A DNA stretch of 64,000 nucleotides, taken from NCBI GenBank assembly GCA_964016885.1, contig OZ024742.1, forward strand, positions 206,708,001 to 206,772,000. The letters run 5' to 3'. Shown here piece after piece: positions 23,238 to 36,439 of this stretch (the first letter of the stretch is position 1; the number at the start of each line of letters is the position of its first letter). The translations under genes and the position numbers were made by a program. Below the pieces are notes generated by a model. That model was not told the DNA's origin. It saw only the letters and a program-made list of their open reading frames with translations, and did not search any database. The stretch comes from Eledone cirrhosa (Eukaryota).

Positions 23238-26200
23238 TCATCATCATCATTATCATCATTTTACGTCCGCTTTTCCCTGCTTGGAGGGGTGGGCCGGGTC
23301 CTATTCAGCACAGCATCTCTCCACTTGTCACGGTCCCTTATCATCTTCTCCATGAGTTTCAGCGGTCTGAGGTCTGCTCTCACAACCTCCGCCCATGTTT
23401 TTCGTGGTCTTCCTCTACTGCGTCTTCCTTCTACTGGGATTTCTTGGCACTTCTTTACCCAACGGTCATCCTCCATGTGCATCACATGTCCATACCATCA
23501 CAGTCTTCTCTCCTGCACACTACAACTTATCCCTCTTAAACACAGCTTCTCTCTCAATACATCCATGCTCGGTGGCTCACGCACATTGACATTTCACATC
23601 CAACGGAGCATGCTTGCTTCATTTCTCTCCAGCCGTCGCATATCCTCTGCAGTTGCTGCCCATGTCTCACTACCATGCAGCATCATGCACCTCACACAGG
23701 CATCATATAACCGGCCTTTCGTTAGTAGGGAGAAACCCTTCTTTGTCAGCAGAAGAAGCAGCTCCCTAAACTTCTTCCAACCCGTCCTTATTCTAGATAC
23801 TATGGCCTCGGAACGCCCGCCTCCCATGCTAATCTGATCACCTAGGTACGGGAAGTTATCAACCACTTCTATAGAGCCTACCTGCATTTGAAAAAGTGTG
23901 TCTATCAAAGCGACTTCTACTGTCCAATTTCCTTGTACATCTACTGCATTCGTATTTTTCCCTACCTGTTAGTTTTCCTGCTATCACACTACATCTCTTG
24001 TGTACCCAAGATCTGCATTGTGTACATTTTATAGAATTTATGCCAGTTCCTTTTCTGCATATTGAACATGGCCATTTCCCTGATGGAATCAGAGTTTTGT
24101 CCTCTTTTCTACTCATCAACACTTTTGTCTTAGCTAGGTTCACACTCAGTCCTCTTGATTCCAACTGCTGTTTCCATAGCCAGAATTTATTCTCTATTTC
24201 CTCTACTGATTCTGCCATAAGAACCGGATCGTCAGCATAGAGAAGTTTCCATGAACAGCCAGTCTTAATCTCCTCTGTATGGCTTGGAGGTCTATAATGA
24301 ACAAGAGCTCGCTGAGGACCGAACCCTGTTGTACACCTACTTGTATCTGGAATTCCTCACTAAACTCCATTCCTACCCTGACTTTAGTGACAGCAGTATA
24401 GTGGCTTATTCTTCTCTAAGAACTTCTCTTGTAGTTGTCTCACGAAGAAGAGGGCATCTGTTATACTTTTCCCAGGCACAAAACCGAACTGCATCTCATC
24501 TAGTTAGACCCTTTCTCTAATTAGTTGCACTAATATCCTTTCTGCCACTTTCATAACCTGATCCATCAGTTTTATGCCCCTATAATTGCTTCTCTCCAAA
24601 GCATCCCCTTTACATTTGTAGCCATTTATGAGAATACTGCTGCATCAATCTTTGGGTTTGACTCCGCCATATATAGCTTCATAGACAATGCGTGCAACCA
24701 GTTTCGTACCTACTTTTCCTGATGCCTTTAGCATCTCAGCAACAATCCCCGACGGTCCCACGGTCTTACCATTTTTCATATCCTTAATTGCCTCTTGGAC
24801 CCTACATTCGTCAATCTCAATAGCTGATCCCTCTGTTGGGTCTACTGGGGGTAGTTTCTCTCTCACCCATTCGTTCTCCACATTCATCAGTCTCTCATAA
24901 TGACATTTCCAGGCCTCCTTTTTCTGACCATTCGTGACACTAAGTACACCGTCATCATTCCGGACACACTTATCTCCAACAACATCCTGATTTTCACTGA
25001 CACACTGCCTTGTAATGCGGAATACCGCACGTCTCTGATCTTCCCGTCGCAGAACATTGGCAAACCTCCTACTCTCAGCATCCCTGCGTACTAAGTACAC
25101 CTGACGTCTAGCTTCTCTCTTAACGGCTGTGTATCTTTCTTTTCTCCCACCATTTTTCCAAGCGTTCTATGCCAGTCTTTTGTCTTTAATGGCCCTATCT
25201 ACCATGCTGTTCCACCACCAGGTCACTCTGAGTCTGGTTGGAGCCACAAGTTTCTTCAGTAGCCTGCAGTAAGTTGTTACGTAAGAAATTCCAGTTATCA
25301 TCTATGTCATACGACTCTAAATCATCTTCTTTTTCGTCATACACATCTTGAAGGGCTTTCCTAAATTTGTATTTTAGCGAAAGGTCATTTAGCTTCCAGA
25401 CCTTCTTTTCCACACTTTCCTGTATGTCTCATTCTGTCTCTTGCTTACTGAGATGTCACTAACGACTAACCTATGCTCTGGGGTACATTCTTCCCCGGGG
25501 TATGCCTTAGTATGTGATACCATCTGTCTGTCTTGCTGCCTAACTAGTAAGAAGTCAATCTGGCTTATGTGCTCGCTTGATTTGTAGGTTATTAGGTGGT
25601 TGGCAGGTTTCTGGAAGTTAGTATTGCAAATGGTTAGTGCATTTGCATCACAAAATTCAAGAAGCATCACTCCTTCTTCATTTCTTGAGCCTTAACCGTG
25701 CCCCCCATGTACCCCAGTGTATCCATCCTGGAGCTGTCCAACATGACCATTGAAATCCCCTGCTAGCATAATGATGTCCCCGTCCTCTGTCATTGAGGCT
25801 GTTTGTAAAAGTTGCTTGTAAAAGCAGTCTTTCTCTCCTTTACCTAGGTCTGTCTGAGGAGCATAAGCAGAGTTGATTGTCAGAAGTCTCTTGCCTACAA
25901 CTAATCTAAGCTTAATTATTCTATTACTAACTCTAATTACCTCTATTGTCTTATCGATCCATCTCTCAGCCAGTAAAATGCCTACCCCACCTAACGCAAC
26001 ATTATTACCCACCCAGAAAAGCTTATAACTAAGATGTTTGCCTGCGATTAGTCTTGCAGAGGCACCTCTCGATCTCACCTCTTGCACGCAGCACACATCC
26101 ACGTGCCTTCTCTCCAACATCTCCACTATCTCACCAGATCTACCTGTTAGAGTGCCAACATTAAGTGTGGCAACTCTGAGATGTGACATCTTCATATTCT

Positions 26201-26400
26201 TGTTCTTTTTCCTGTTGTGTGATTGCTTGATGACGGTTGGGGTGCTCTTGCACATGGCCACACCAGCCACCCCACTACCGTGCGCAGCCGTAACATGGTT
26301 ATGCATTTTGCGATTGATCAACTCAATGTGTGATCCATGTTGATCGGGCCTTGTTATTATTATGCATATATGCATAGATATATGTATCGTTGCTATAAAA
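23238..26400 (-). mobile_element. RTE LINE, near full length, decayed (APE endonuclease, RT, PHD-like finger)
   Basis: VATLNVGTL, CVQEVR, SAYAPQ, AGDFNGHVG, SQIDF; YADD at ~24235; CSICRKG..CTQC..WVHKRC..CSRC; MLHGSETW; RGRPRKTW; (ATG)n tail. Confidence 0.9.
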
Positions 26401-26800
26401 TGCACAATACCTTCTCTTAGTCATCACATAAAATTGTATGTGCACCTGTCATGGTTTAATTGCTGTAAGTTATTGTTTTTTCTTGTCTTTTACACTATGG
26501 AGAGGGCTTTGGCTTATATCAGCTGCTGTGACCCCGAGTGAACCAGCAGTACCATTGGTAGAAGTCGAAACTGCCAAAGTCCATTCCAATGGCTGAAGAC
26601 CTTGGAGATCTGTGTCTTTGTTTTTTTTTTTTTTGTATTTAAAAAATAAATTCTTTTTTTTATCTTGCTTGTTTTCGTTTGTTAACTTCTTTTTGTTAAT
26701 TTTCCTAATTTATCATATCTGTCTCCCCCCTCTCTCTCTCTATATATATATATATGTGTGTGTGTGTATTTGTGTATATATGTATGTGTGTGTGTGAATA

Positions 26801-26862
<62 letters not shown>

Positions 26863-27129
26863 ATGTGTGCATGTATATATATATATATATTTTTTATAAG
26901 TAAACCGCTTAGCAAAATTTTCAATTTCAGAAGAGTTGATGCTGAGTGTGGGGGATTGTTTCTGTTCTCTAGTCAGTCTGTAGCTTCAATGCTGTTGTCT
27001 GATCAGGGGCCTCGTTTTCCTTAAAAATATGAGGAGGACAAACCCACATTTGTTGCTTCTTAAAGGAGCATTAATTGCTTATGGTGCCTACCCGGACCCT
27101 ATCACATAAGTAAAATTTTACGCTAATTA

Positions 27130-28578
27130 AGGAGCAACTGCAGAGGAATTAAACTAATGGATCAAATTATGAAAGTGACGGAAATAGTGCAGCTAATTAT
27201 GAAAAGAGTCAAATTAGATGAAATGCAGTTTGGTTTCAGGTCTAGGAAGAGTACTATAGATGCCCTTTTTTAGTGAAGTAGCTACAAGAGAAGTTCCTAG
27301 CCAAGAATAAACCACTATATTTAGCTTTTGCTGATCTAGAAAAGGCCTTTGATATAGTACCTTGATCTATTATCTGGTAGTCCTTAAGGAAATTAAATGT
27401 AGAAGAATGGCTTGTGAGAGCAGTGCAGCCATGTTCAGAGGAGCTGTCAGCAAAATGACAGTAGGAAGTGAGTTTAGTGAGGAATACAAGGTACAGGTAG
27501 TTCATAATGTTTGGTTCCTAGCCCACCGTCGTTCATCAGAGTTCTCCAGGTCATAGCAAAGTGGTTTAAAATGGACTGTCCATGGGGACTTTTCTATGCA
27601 GATAATTTGGTCCCCATAGCAAATCCATAAAAGAACTAGAAAATAAGTTCTGGCTATGGAAACAGAATTTGGAATCAAAAGGTCTGAGAGTAAATGTAGA
27701 CAAAACTAAAGTGCTAGTAAGTAGGAGAGAAGATAGGACCCTGATTCATTAAGTAAAGAGGCCCTGTTCAATATATAGAAAAGGTGTAGGCATAAACTCC
27801 ATGCAATGTACATAATGTTAATTTTGGGTACACAAGAATTGTAGTGGGATAACAGGTAGACGAATAGGAAAGGAAGACTTTGTATGAAGAAGATACACAG
27901 GAGTAATCGAGGAGAAGAGCGTCAGTGATATAAACCACTTCAAGTCACAGGAAGGGTCCATAGAAGTGGTTGATAGCTTCTGCTATCTAGGTAACTTAAT
28001 TAGCAGTGGAGTACGGTGCTCTTAGAACATAATAGCTAGAATAAGGATAGGATGAATGAAGTTCAGAGAGATACTCCCAATGTTGACAACAAAAGATTTC
28101 TCCCTACATACAAAAAGATGACTGTATGATGCTTGTGCGCCAAGTGCGATGCTGCATGGGAGCGAAACATGGACTGTAACTGCAGAGGACATGCGTAGAC
28201 CGGAAAGAAATGAAGCAGCCATACTCCATTGGATGTGCAATGTAAATGTGAGAGAAAGGCAGAGCTTGGATGAACTGAATGAGAAACTGGGCTTAAGAAG
28301 AATCTGAGGTGGCGTGCAGGAGAGAAGACTGCATTGGTATGAACATGAGATGCACATGGAGGATAATCAATAGGTGCCAGAAAATGCCAGTGGAATAGAG
28401 CTGCAATAGAGTAGACCAAGAGAGATCTGAGCAGAAATGGTGAGAGCTGACTTCAAATCACTGAGATTCACATAGGGGATAACGGGGAAATGTGGCGAAT
28501 GGAGAGATGCTCTGTTGAGAAGGACCCATCCAACCCACCCATGCAAGTGTGGAAAAATGATTGTAAAAACGATGATAA
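27130..28578 (+). mobile_element. RTE LINE 3' half, decayed
   Basis: LQEKFLAKNKPLYLAFADLEKAFD, WVHKNCSG, MLHGSETW, shared 3' tail. Confidence 0.85.
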
Positions 28579-28859
28579 TAATAAACTATATATTTCTGAT
28601 AATGGTTTCTCATTTAGGCACAAGAACAACAATTTTGGGGCAGGGAAAGTTGTTTAAATCGACCTCAGTACATAACTGTACTTTATTTTATCGACCCTGT
28701 AAGGATGAAAGGCAATGCTAATGTTGGTGAGATTTGAACTCAGAATATAAAGGGTACTTAACTGTATGCTGCAAAGCATGTTGTCTGATGTATTTAAAAA
28801 ATTTGGGTAGCAGCACCAGTAGTACACTGTACAGATTACCTCATGTTATTTGATGTATC

Positions 28860-29153
28860 GTTCAAATCCCGCCGAGGTTAACTTGGCCTTTCATCCTTCC
28901 GGGGTCGATAAAATAAAGTACCAGTAATGCACTGGGTTATTGCTGGCCTTGTGCCAAAAGTAGAAACAGTTATTTGATGTATCGTTAGAGGGTCGGACGC
29001 CATGCTTTCCAGCATAGTTACGTTACTTTATGATCTGAGTTCAAATCCCGCCGAGGTTGACTTTGCCTTTCATCCTTACGGGGTCGATAAAATAAAGTAC
29101 CAGTAATGCACTGGGTAATTGCTGGCCTTGTGCCTAAAGTAGAAACAGTTATT
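28860..29153 (+). mobile_element. Two head-to-tail SINE family 1 copies
   Basis: Copies at 28860-28970 and 28985-29151, bounded by repeated TTATTTGAT(GTATCGTT). Confidence 0.8.
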
Positions 29154-32100
29154 TGATTATGTTCATGAACCTTCTGAGTTCAAACACTACCAGTATTTAT
29201 TTCTTAATGTTTTACATTTCCAGGATTGATAAGATTCATAGTTTGACCCCACTGTGTGGCATCTTGAGCAAATGCCATTTACCATATCCTTGGATCAACC
29301 CCTTCCTTGGGAGTGAAATTCAGTAAATAGAAACTATTTAGAAACCTGCTGACTGTACCTGTTATTCAAAGGATGAGCCTTGTCACACACTGCCATGAGG
29401 AATCATTCAGAGAATTACATTAAGAGTACATGATATCTGCAGAATGCACAGTCACTTACATGTCAACATTCAGAGCCAGAGCAGGCTGTTCAGTCGATCA
29501 AACAACTGGTATACTCATTGAATCAATGGAGGTTTATCTTCTTTCATTGATGTGGTAGATTTCATTGAGTGCCCTCACCAATAATTTGAAGTGTTTTGCT
29601 AATGGTAGCTGGTAGAATTGGGAGAGACCAGACAAAATGACATGTGGTATTGAGTTCTCTTATTTTAAGTGCTGATTTCAAATTCTGCCAAAACCTACTT
29701 TGTCTTTCATCTTTCTAGAGGTCAACAAAATAAAGTACCCATCCAGTATTGTGGTTGATTTAATCAAATGTCTCTTTTCTCATAATATATCATGATATAT
29801 AGCCATATATTTAATTTGAAAACAGATATTAAGTTGAACCTCAAAACTTTACTTCTACCTGATATAGTAAACAAATAACTGTGTGTTATTATCCAGTATC
29901 CTTGGGTTGACAATACAAAGCTGTTTATTTTAAAGTATATATAGTTATCTAAAAATATGTTATCCTAATTTTATGTAAGGACCTTTATCAATTTATGTTC
30001 CAAGCACTAACGTAATAATGAGAAAGTTAATTATATTACTAAATCCCTCAAATTCTTAATTATTTTCAAAATGATTTGAAAATCACAGGCAATGTTTTTC
30101 ATTAGAAATATGATAATGAAAGTGTTAAATATAGAATTGTTGATATGTAGACAAAAGTACTTTTGATTGGGCACATTTACACATAATCAACCTGTATTTT
30201 ATTTAAAAAAAAGGAAAGTATGGATATAAGAGAACTCGAGCAGGCTTAGCACTAGCATACTGTTTAGGAGAGCAATAACTCTGAATGAAAACGTTAACAT
30301 ATAGTAGAGAGGAAATTCTTGTCATGCCACAGATATCTTTTCTAGTAATAAGTGGCATGACAAAACACATCCAGTCTATGTTGTGAAAATAGTTGGTGAT
30401 AGAAAGGATATTCAGCCATAAAAACCATGCTAAAATCATGACATACATAAGAAAAATAGTCAGATTTCTTTATTACTAAGTGTCAGATAATGAAGGAATA
30501 CAATGAAGGGTGAGATGCTCTGAGATGTTGTCAATTAATTTGGAGCAAAGGATTTACTATACACTGAGTTTCTCAAAATTTATGACTTCATTCATTTAAT
30601 AAAATGAAAGAAACTCTACTCATATATTGAGTAATTTATCACATATTCATACAGTGCATTTGTTTTATTGTTTAGTAAAATAAGGGAGAAGTCATTCAGT
30701 GAATCTGAAATCGATGGGTAGAAGGAAGACATTTATTTTCAAACCAGAATTCTTGTACTGGCATGGACTCAACTATAGGCAGCCAAGGAGCAGTTGGTGA
30801 TCATAAACTGGATGAGGTATTATGTCGACCATCCTACAACAGTATTCCACATCAACTCTGTTGACCAAATATATCTCCTCTAAACATACATTCAAACATG
30901 CTGAACATAAAATAAATAATATATGTTATACATAATGAATTATATATATGTTGTAAAAATGAAATAGAATGTATATAAAATGCATAATAGTTATATATAT
31001 ACATTTCTTTTTACCATATATGACAGACGTGTGTACAAATTATTTTCTTTTTACAATATATAACAGACATATATTATATTTGAACTGCCAAATATTTCTA
31101 ATCTTGTCAGATAGAAATCAAACAGAAGTTCTGAAACAACCTCCTTTGGGAAAATCTGAATTTTGTATCAGACTTCGGCTTTGTTTGTTTTTTTGTTGTT
31201 CTTTTTTTTTGTATTTTCCTTTTCCATTTTGTTTGTTTTTCAAAAAATTTCATCTGGACATAATATTTTTTTTCTTGATTTCAATCTCTTTCACTTGCTT
31301 TCTGTAATTTCACTTATAGTAATAGCAATCACAACAACAACAATGATGGCTTCTTATTTAGCAGTTTTAAGGGAGGAGAAAGTCAGTATTTGATTACAGG
31401 AGGATGAAAATTGATCTTCATGGAATTTAATCATAAACTAAAAAGCAAGTACAAATACTGCAAAGCATTTTGTTTGGTGCTCTAATGATCCTTATTATTA
31501 TTATTATTAGGCAGGGGTAGAGGGTAGAAGGTTCAGGTGCCATGCATGTGGTAGCACCAACAACCTTCTGGTCTTCTGTGCATAACATGGACGTATACTG
31601 TTAAAACATCACAGCCACAACATCAACAGTAGAGGCAACAACACTAACAGCAGTGATACCAACAGAAGAAACAATAGCAGTAACAAAATCAGCAGGCACC
31701 CAAACTAATATGAAGACAACAGAGAAGAATGTCTACATGCTGGGCAGCAGAGGAGCGCTTGTCCCACAAAAACAAACAAGTGATTCACATGCACACATAG
31801 GCACTAACTAGCTTTTTCCTTCACCCTTCCTTTGAAGTGGGACTGAGGAGATTGGATAAAGCTAAACCATAGTTATGGGAAATAGCCATTGACTTGTCTT
31901 CCTACAAAAATCAGAAAGATAACTGACTGACTAAGAGCATGCAAACAACAACATAAACAACAACATAAACAACAACATAAACAACAAAAATAACTAAACC
32001 TACAAATTCGGTAACAACACAAGCACTACCCAGAACATAGATGACAACAGGAAAAAACAACCAAGCAGGAGCGCATGGACCAACTCCTCCCAAAGAGAGC

Positions 32101-32499
32101 AACCTATGAACTTCTGGTGAGAATTACAATCAAAAGTCTACAGATGCTTTCTGTGGAGGATTTCAATGTGAAATCAGTCCACACAATGATACAGGAAAAT
32201 CTTGGGGACTCTTGAAAATCAGATTGCCTGAATGTAAGATAATTGAGTCCTTTCTCCACTTAATGATTTGAAAAAAACAAACAAACAAAAAAAAATAATA
32301 ACATTGCTTAAATGTGCATAGCACTGAGTCAGATTGGAAGTAAGGTCATTTGCTTAACAATCTCAGGTGATTGGATTTATATGTGATAGTAAGCAATAAG
32401 ATGAGGAATTCTTCATGATTACAAGGTATATACAGTTTTCAGTTGGCCAAGATTTAAGCAGAAGGACTGTGATGTTTTAGAGAGGTGTGAAACTTGAAG

Positions 32500-33030
32500 T
32501 ACCGATACATTTACTGAATCTGAATGATAATCAGTGTTTCTGGATGTAAGCAGCAACTAGATTCAGGTGGCAAGACTTCCTCAGGCATTTAGAATCATTC
32601 TATTTTGGATGATTTTCACTTCGAGGACTATGGATAAACTCCACAAATGTCTAGCCTGGCAGTGCTGTTGGGGAAAATTGCCAGTTTGGGATAAACTCTA
32701 GAAGAACAGAAATGAAACAGCTAGTTGTGTCTTAGATGCATGTAGAACAAAAGCATTTGTATGGACTTGTTCACTGTATGAACATTGTTGACTGTGGAAT
32801 TGTGTTTAGCAGCAGTTATTGCATGAAGGTTATATTAGCTATCAGTTGAAAACATTGTGAGGATTACTCTGCCTTCTTTTGACTAAAAGAGCAGGAAGTT
32901 TTCCTTTTACTGGTAGCTATCACCAAGTCTTTGTTAACTTCTTTCAGTTCCATTTGAAGAAGAAAGGAAGGATAAAGAAGGAGATACTACCTTCCAGTGA
33001 ATTTGTTTATAGGTGGATAAATGGCTTGAG
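32500..33030 (+). mobile_element. Tx1/L1-like LINE 3' remnant
   Basis: LAWQCCWGKLPVWDKL (zf-RVT-like) and FFQFHLKKK..F..RW; very decayed. Confidence 0.5.
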
Positions 33031-34449
33031 TGAATGGGTTTACTCTAAGCAAGTGCCTGGATACCAGAGAACATTGCTGGGAGAGGGTACTTGTCCTTGG
33101 TCATCAGGATACTCATGAATCTGTGTTGATTCTTGACTAGCCCTAGGTAACTACCTACCTATTGGGGGAGGAACGTTGGCTTTTCATTTCTTTTGTATAT
33201 TATTATTTTCTGTCTGTTTTTCTTTGCTTAATTGCTCCTGCATAATCCACCACCATTTTGTTTTTGTAACTGTAATGTACCCTCGTCCAGCACACTTGTG
33301 ACACATTACAACCATTAATATTATTCTATAACACCTTCCCTGAAAGATACACTGCACACTTGAGAACCTGAAATTTGTTGACAAATGAAAGAGTTTACAC
33401 AGACAAATTAGACAATAAAAGGAGAGCAACAACAACAATAACAGCAACAATAAACACCATGTTGTTTGTGCTACAAGATAGTATTGTTAAGTTGTACTTT
33501 GTTAATTAGTAAGAGCTTCTGTAATGTAACAGTCACCTTAAACATCTAGATCACCTCCCTACCACAGTACATAAAACACACAGATACACTGACATCTTTC
33601 CATACTTCTCTTAAACAATAGCAAAATAACAGTTTAACAATATGAAATATATGCATAAGCACTACCGGCCCAAAACTCCCCCTCTTCTAATATATGAAGT
33701 ATTGGGTTGGGTGTGAATCAATTTTAATTCATATCAACAAAACTTTGACTTGGAGTTTATTTGTATGTGGGTGGGTGAGGGAGTGTGTGTGTGTGCGTGT
33801 GTGTGTGTGCATGTGCATGCATTAGGAATGATTATTTTCTTTTTAAATATTTTAGGGGAAAGGATTTTTTATCTTTTTTAATTTGATACTTTCATTGCTG
33901 TGTTGTTACCCTCACCCCTACACCTGGATACTAAACACCATTACCCCTATGACAATGATAGTCATTTCGCTCATTATCACCACCATTTGTTAATTAGCAT
34001 AGATGAGAGTCTCTACATGTTGATCAACCTTCTAGATATATTAGTCAAGCGTCCTTCAAATCACAGCTTAACATCTGAGCAATAGAATGGAATGAACTTC
34101 CATCAACTTTGATGACGAATATTCCAGTTGTTTATCAATGGGATAGCTCATGAAGTTGTCCAAGTGACTGAGCAGTCCACATAACATAATTCTCAGGGAG
34201 ATTCATCATGATACAGTGTGACAAGGCTGGCCTTTTGAATTACAATTACAGTCCATCTGAAGTGCCTCCAAAAAGTTTCTGTCTACCCAATTCATTCACA
34301 AATGTTATCCTGAAGCTGTGATACATAATACTTGCCCAAATACTATGCAGTAGGTTTGAACCTGTGTCCTAATAATTGCAAAACAAACTTCTAAGCCATT
34401 CAGCAATGCTGTGTCCACCATCTGAGAGAAGGACATTATGTTGCCAGAC

Positions 34450-34670
34450 AGTGGTGGATTACCAGTATCGGTAGAGCGTTCGAAGCCCTACTTCACAGCA
34501 TAGAGTTACAACCTTTTACGTTCTGAGTTCAAATCCCGTCAAGGTTAGCTTTGCCTTTCATCCTTATATGGTCAATAAAATAATGTACCAGTCAAGCACT
34601 GGGGTTGATTTAATCAACTTTCTCCTTACCCAAAATTGCTGGCCTTCTGCCTAAATCACATACCATTATT
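34450..34670 (+). mobile_element. SINE family 1, longer subfamily
   Basis: Same head and core with extra GGGGTTGATTTAATCAAC segment; similar copies at ~29610-29770, 49325-49523, 53428-53605. Confidence 0.7.
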
Positions 34671-34931
34671 CAGATACTTTGATCTTGAGGTCTCTGCACA
34701 TAGAAAACAGACAAAATGGTCATGGCAGGAATGACTTTGAGCAGAAGGTCTGCTCTATTAGGGATGGCCTTGGGCTAAACAAATAACAACCATTGACCTA
34801 AACATTTTTTCTTTTAACTATTGATTGAATGAAACCTTCCAAGATTGAGTAAAATATAAAAAATAAATAGAAGTATACTTGGTGTTTAAGGAAAGTCAGA
34901 GCATACACATATATACGCATCTATGTATGCA

Positions 34932-35006
<75 letters not shown>

Positions 35007-35129
35007 CATCATCATCATCATTTGAAATACGATTTTAGGAAGCCTTAGCTATGCAAACACCAGGGGGGGGGGGGGGGGGGGGGGGGCTAAAGCTCTCTGG
35101 TGGTGTCCAGCAGAAGCAAGGGGGACAAC

Positions 35130-35169
35130 CGTCGATGCATTTCAGGCTTGACTGGCCATCGTCAGGACG
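35130..35169 (-). ncRNA. Hammerhead ribozyme, family F
   Basis: Minus strand: cgtc CTGACGA tGGC cagtcaa GCCt GAAA tgca TC gacg; palindromic ATGCAT. Confidence 0.8.
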
Positions 35170-35371
35170 ATCGCTTTCGAAATACGAAATGTATATACAT
35201 ATTGTATAAAGCTATGCTTGAAGCGAAATCCTATTTCTTTTCTATTATAAGTTGAGCCAAGTTATGCAGCTTCATATGCAAATGAGATTAATCGCCTCAT
35301 TTACACAGACGAGAAAACTATACATTTTCGGCTGTTTTCAAGTCCAGCAGTCGCAGGGCAGTTGGAGTGAT

Positions 35372-35411
35372 CGTCCTGACGAAGCCCAGTCAAGCCTGAA
35401 ATGCATAGACG
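35372..35411 (+). ncRNA. Hammerhead ribozyme, family F (stem II mismatch)
   Basis: cgtc CTGACGA agcc cagtcaa gcct GAAA tgca TA gacg. Confidence 0.7.
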
Positions 35412-35533
35412 GTTGCCCTCCTTGCTTCTGCTGGACAACACCAGAGGGCGTTAGCCCCCCCCCCCGGTGTTCGCATAGCTACGACTTCCTAAAATCGTAT
35501 TTCTTTCGAAATACGAAATTTATATATATATAT

Positions 35534-35724
35534 AACGAAGTGTGGTAAGGAAGCAGGTGCACCATAACACACCAGAGTACTCGATACTTTGGGTAGTAGA
35601 GTGGGTAATAGGAAAATAGTCAGGACCCCGACGGCAGAGCTCAAGCCATTTCGACAGCTAATTCTGGACGCAGAAAAAGCTGTCAAAACGGCTTGAGCTC
35701 TACCGTCGGGGTCCTGATTCTTTT

Positions 35725-35729
<5 letters not shown>
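35534..35729. mobile_element. ~200 bp hairpin-ended element in (TA)n, copy 1
   Basis: 75 bp unique arm plus ~120 bp hairpin (35608-35729); copies at 61057 and 61485. Confidence 0.8.
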
Positions 35730-35770
<41 letters not shown>

Positions 35771-35976
35771 AATATAAGTATGTATACGTACATACATATA
35801 TGTATACAGTAGTATGTATATATATACATACATGCACACATATATATATATGTACGTATGGATTTACCGAACATTTATTATAATGCTCGGTTTGTTTGTA
35901 AATTAGGCTGCTCAGCCGTTAATATGCATAAGGAAAGTATATACTTTCAAACGTTCAATTGACTGAGAGGAAGGTC

Positions 35977-36021
35977 AACGGTGCTGATGACAGCTAATAA
36001 GCTAGAAACTAGTTCATCGTT
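35977..36021 (+). ncRNA. Hammerhead ribozyme, family A
   Basis: AACGGTG CTGATGA cAGCT aata AGCTa GAAA ctag TT CATCGTT; 7 bp stem I including one GU. Confidence 0.85.
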
Positions 36022-36396
36022 CCTTTGTCAGTGTTGAACAAAATGGCAACGATGGTTGCCGAACACTGTACGGCTAATAATTTGGGCTGTTTGTTTACAA
36101 ACAAACCGAGCATTATAATAAATGTAAGGTAAACCCACCCATACGTACATATATATATGTGTGCATGTATGTATATACATACTACTGTACGTCTGTATAC
36201 ATATATGTATGTACGTATACATACTTATATTTAAGTATCAGCCGTACTAAGAGTGAGAAATGAAATTTCATTTTTTCCATTTATCGTTTTCGGTACGCCC
36301 TGCGACTAAATTACTCGATATGCAAATTATGCTGCTCAGCCGTTAATATGCATAAGGAAAGTATATACTTTCAAACGTTCAATTAACTGAAGGTAT

Positions 36397-36439
36397 ACGG
36401 TGCTGATGACAGCTAATAAGCTAGAAACTAGTTCATCGT
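36397..36439 (+). ncRNA. Hammerhead ribozyme, family A
   Basis: ACGGTG CTGATGA cAGCT aata AGCTa GAAA ctag TT CATCGT. Confidence 0.85.

Larger units (their letters stand above)
35020..35520. mobile_element. HHR-bearing non-coding unit (family F, ~328 bp) with inverted partial copy
   Basis: Arms 35020-35173 and 35369-35503 are inverted; TTTCGAAATACGAAAT repeats at ~35175 and ~35503; octamer at 35276. Confidence 0.75.

Noticed and set aside
32948-33000. Possible terminal exon PFEEERKDKEGDTTFQ
   Set aside because: Another frame fits the Tx1/L1 remnant better
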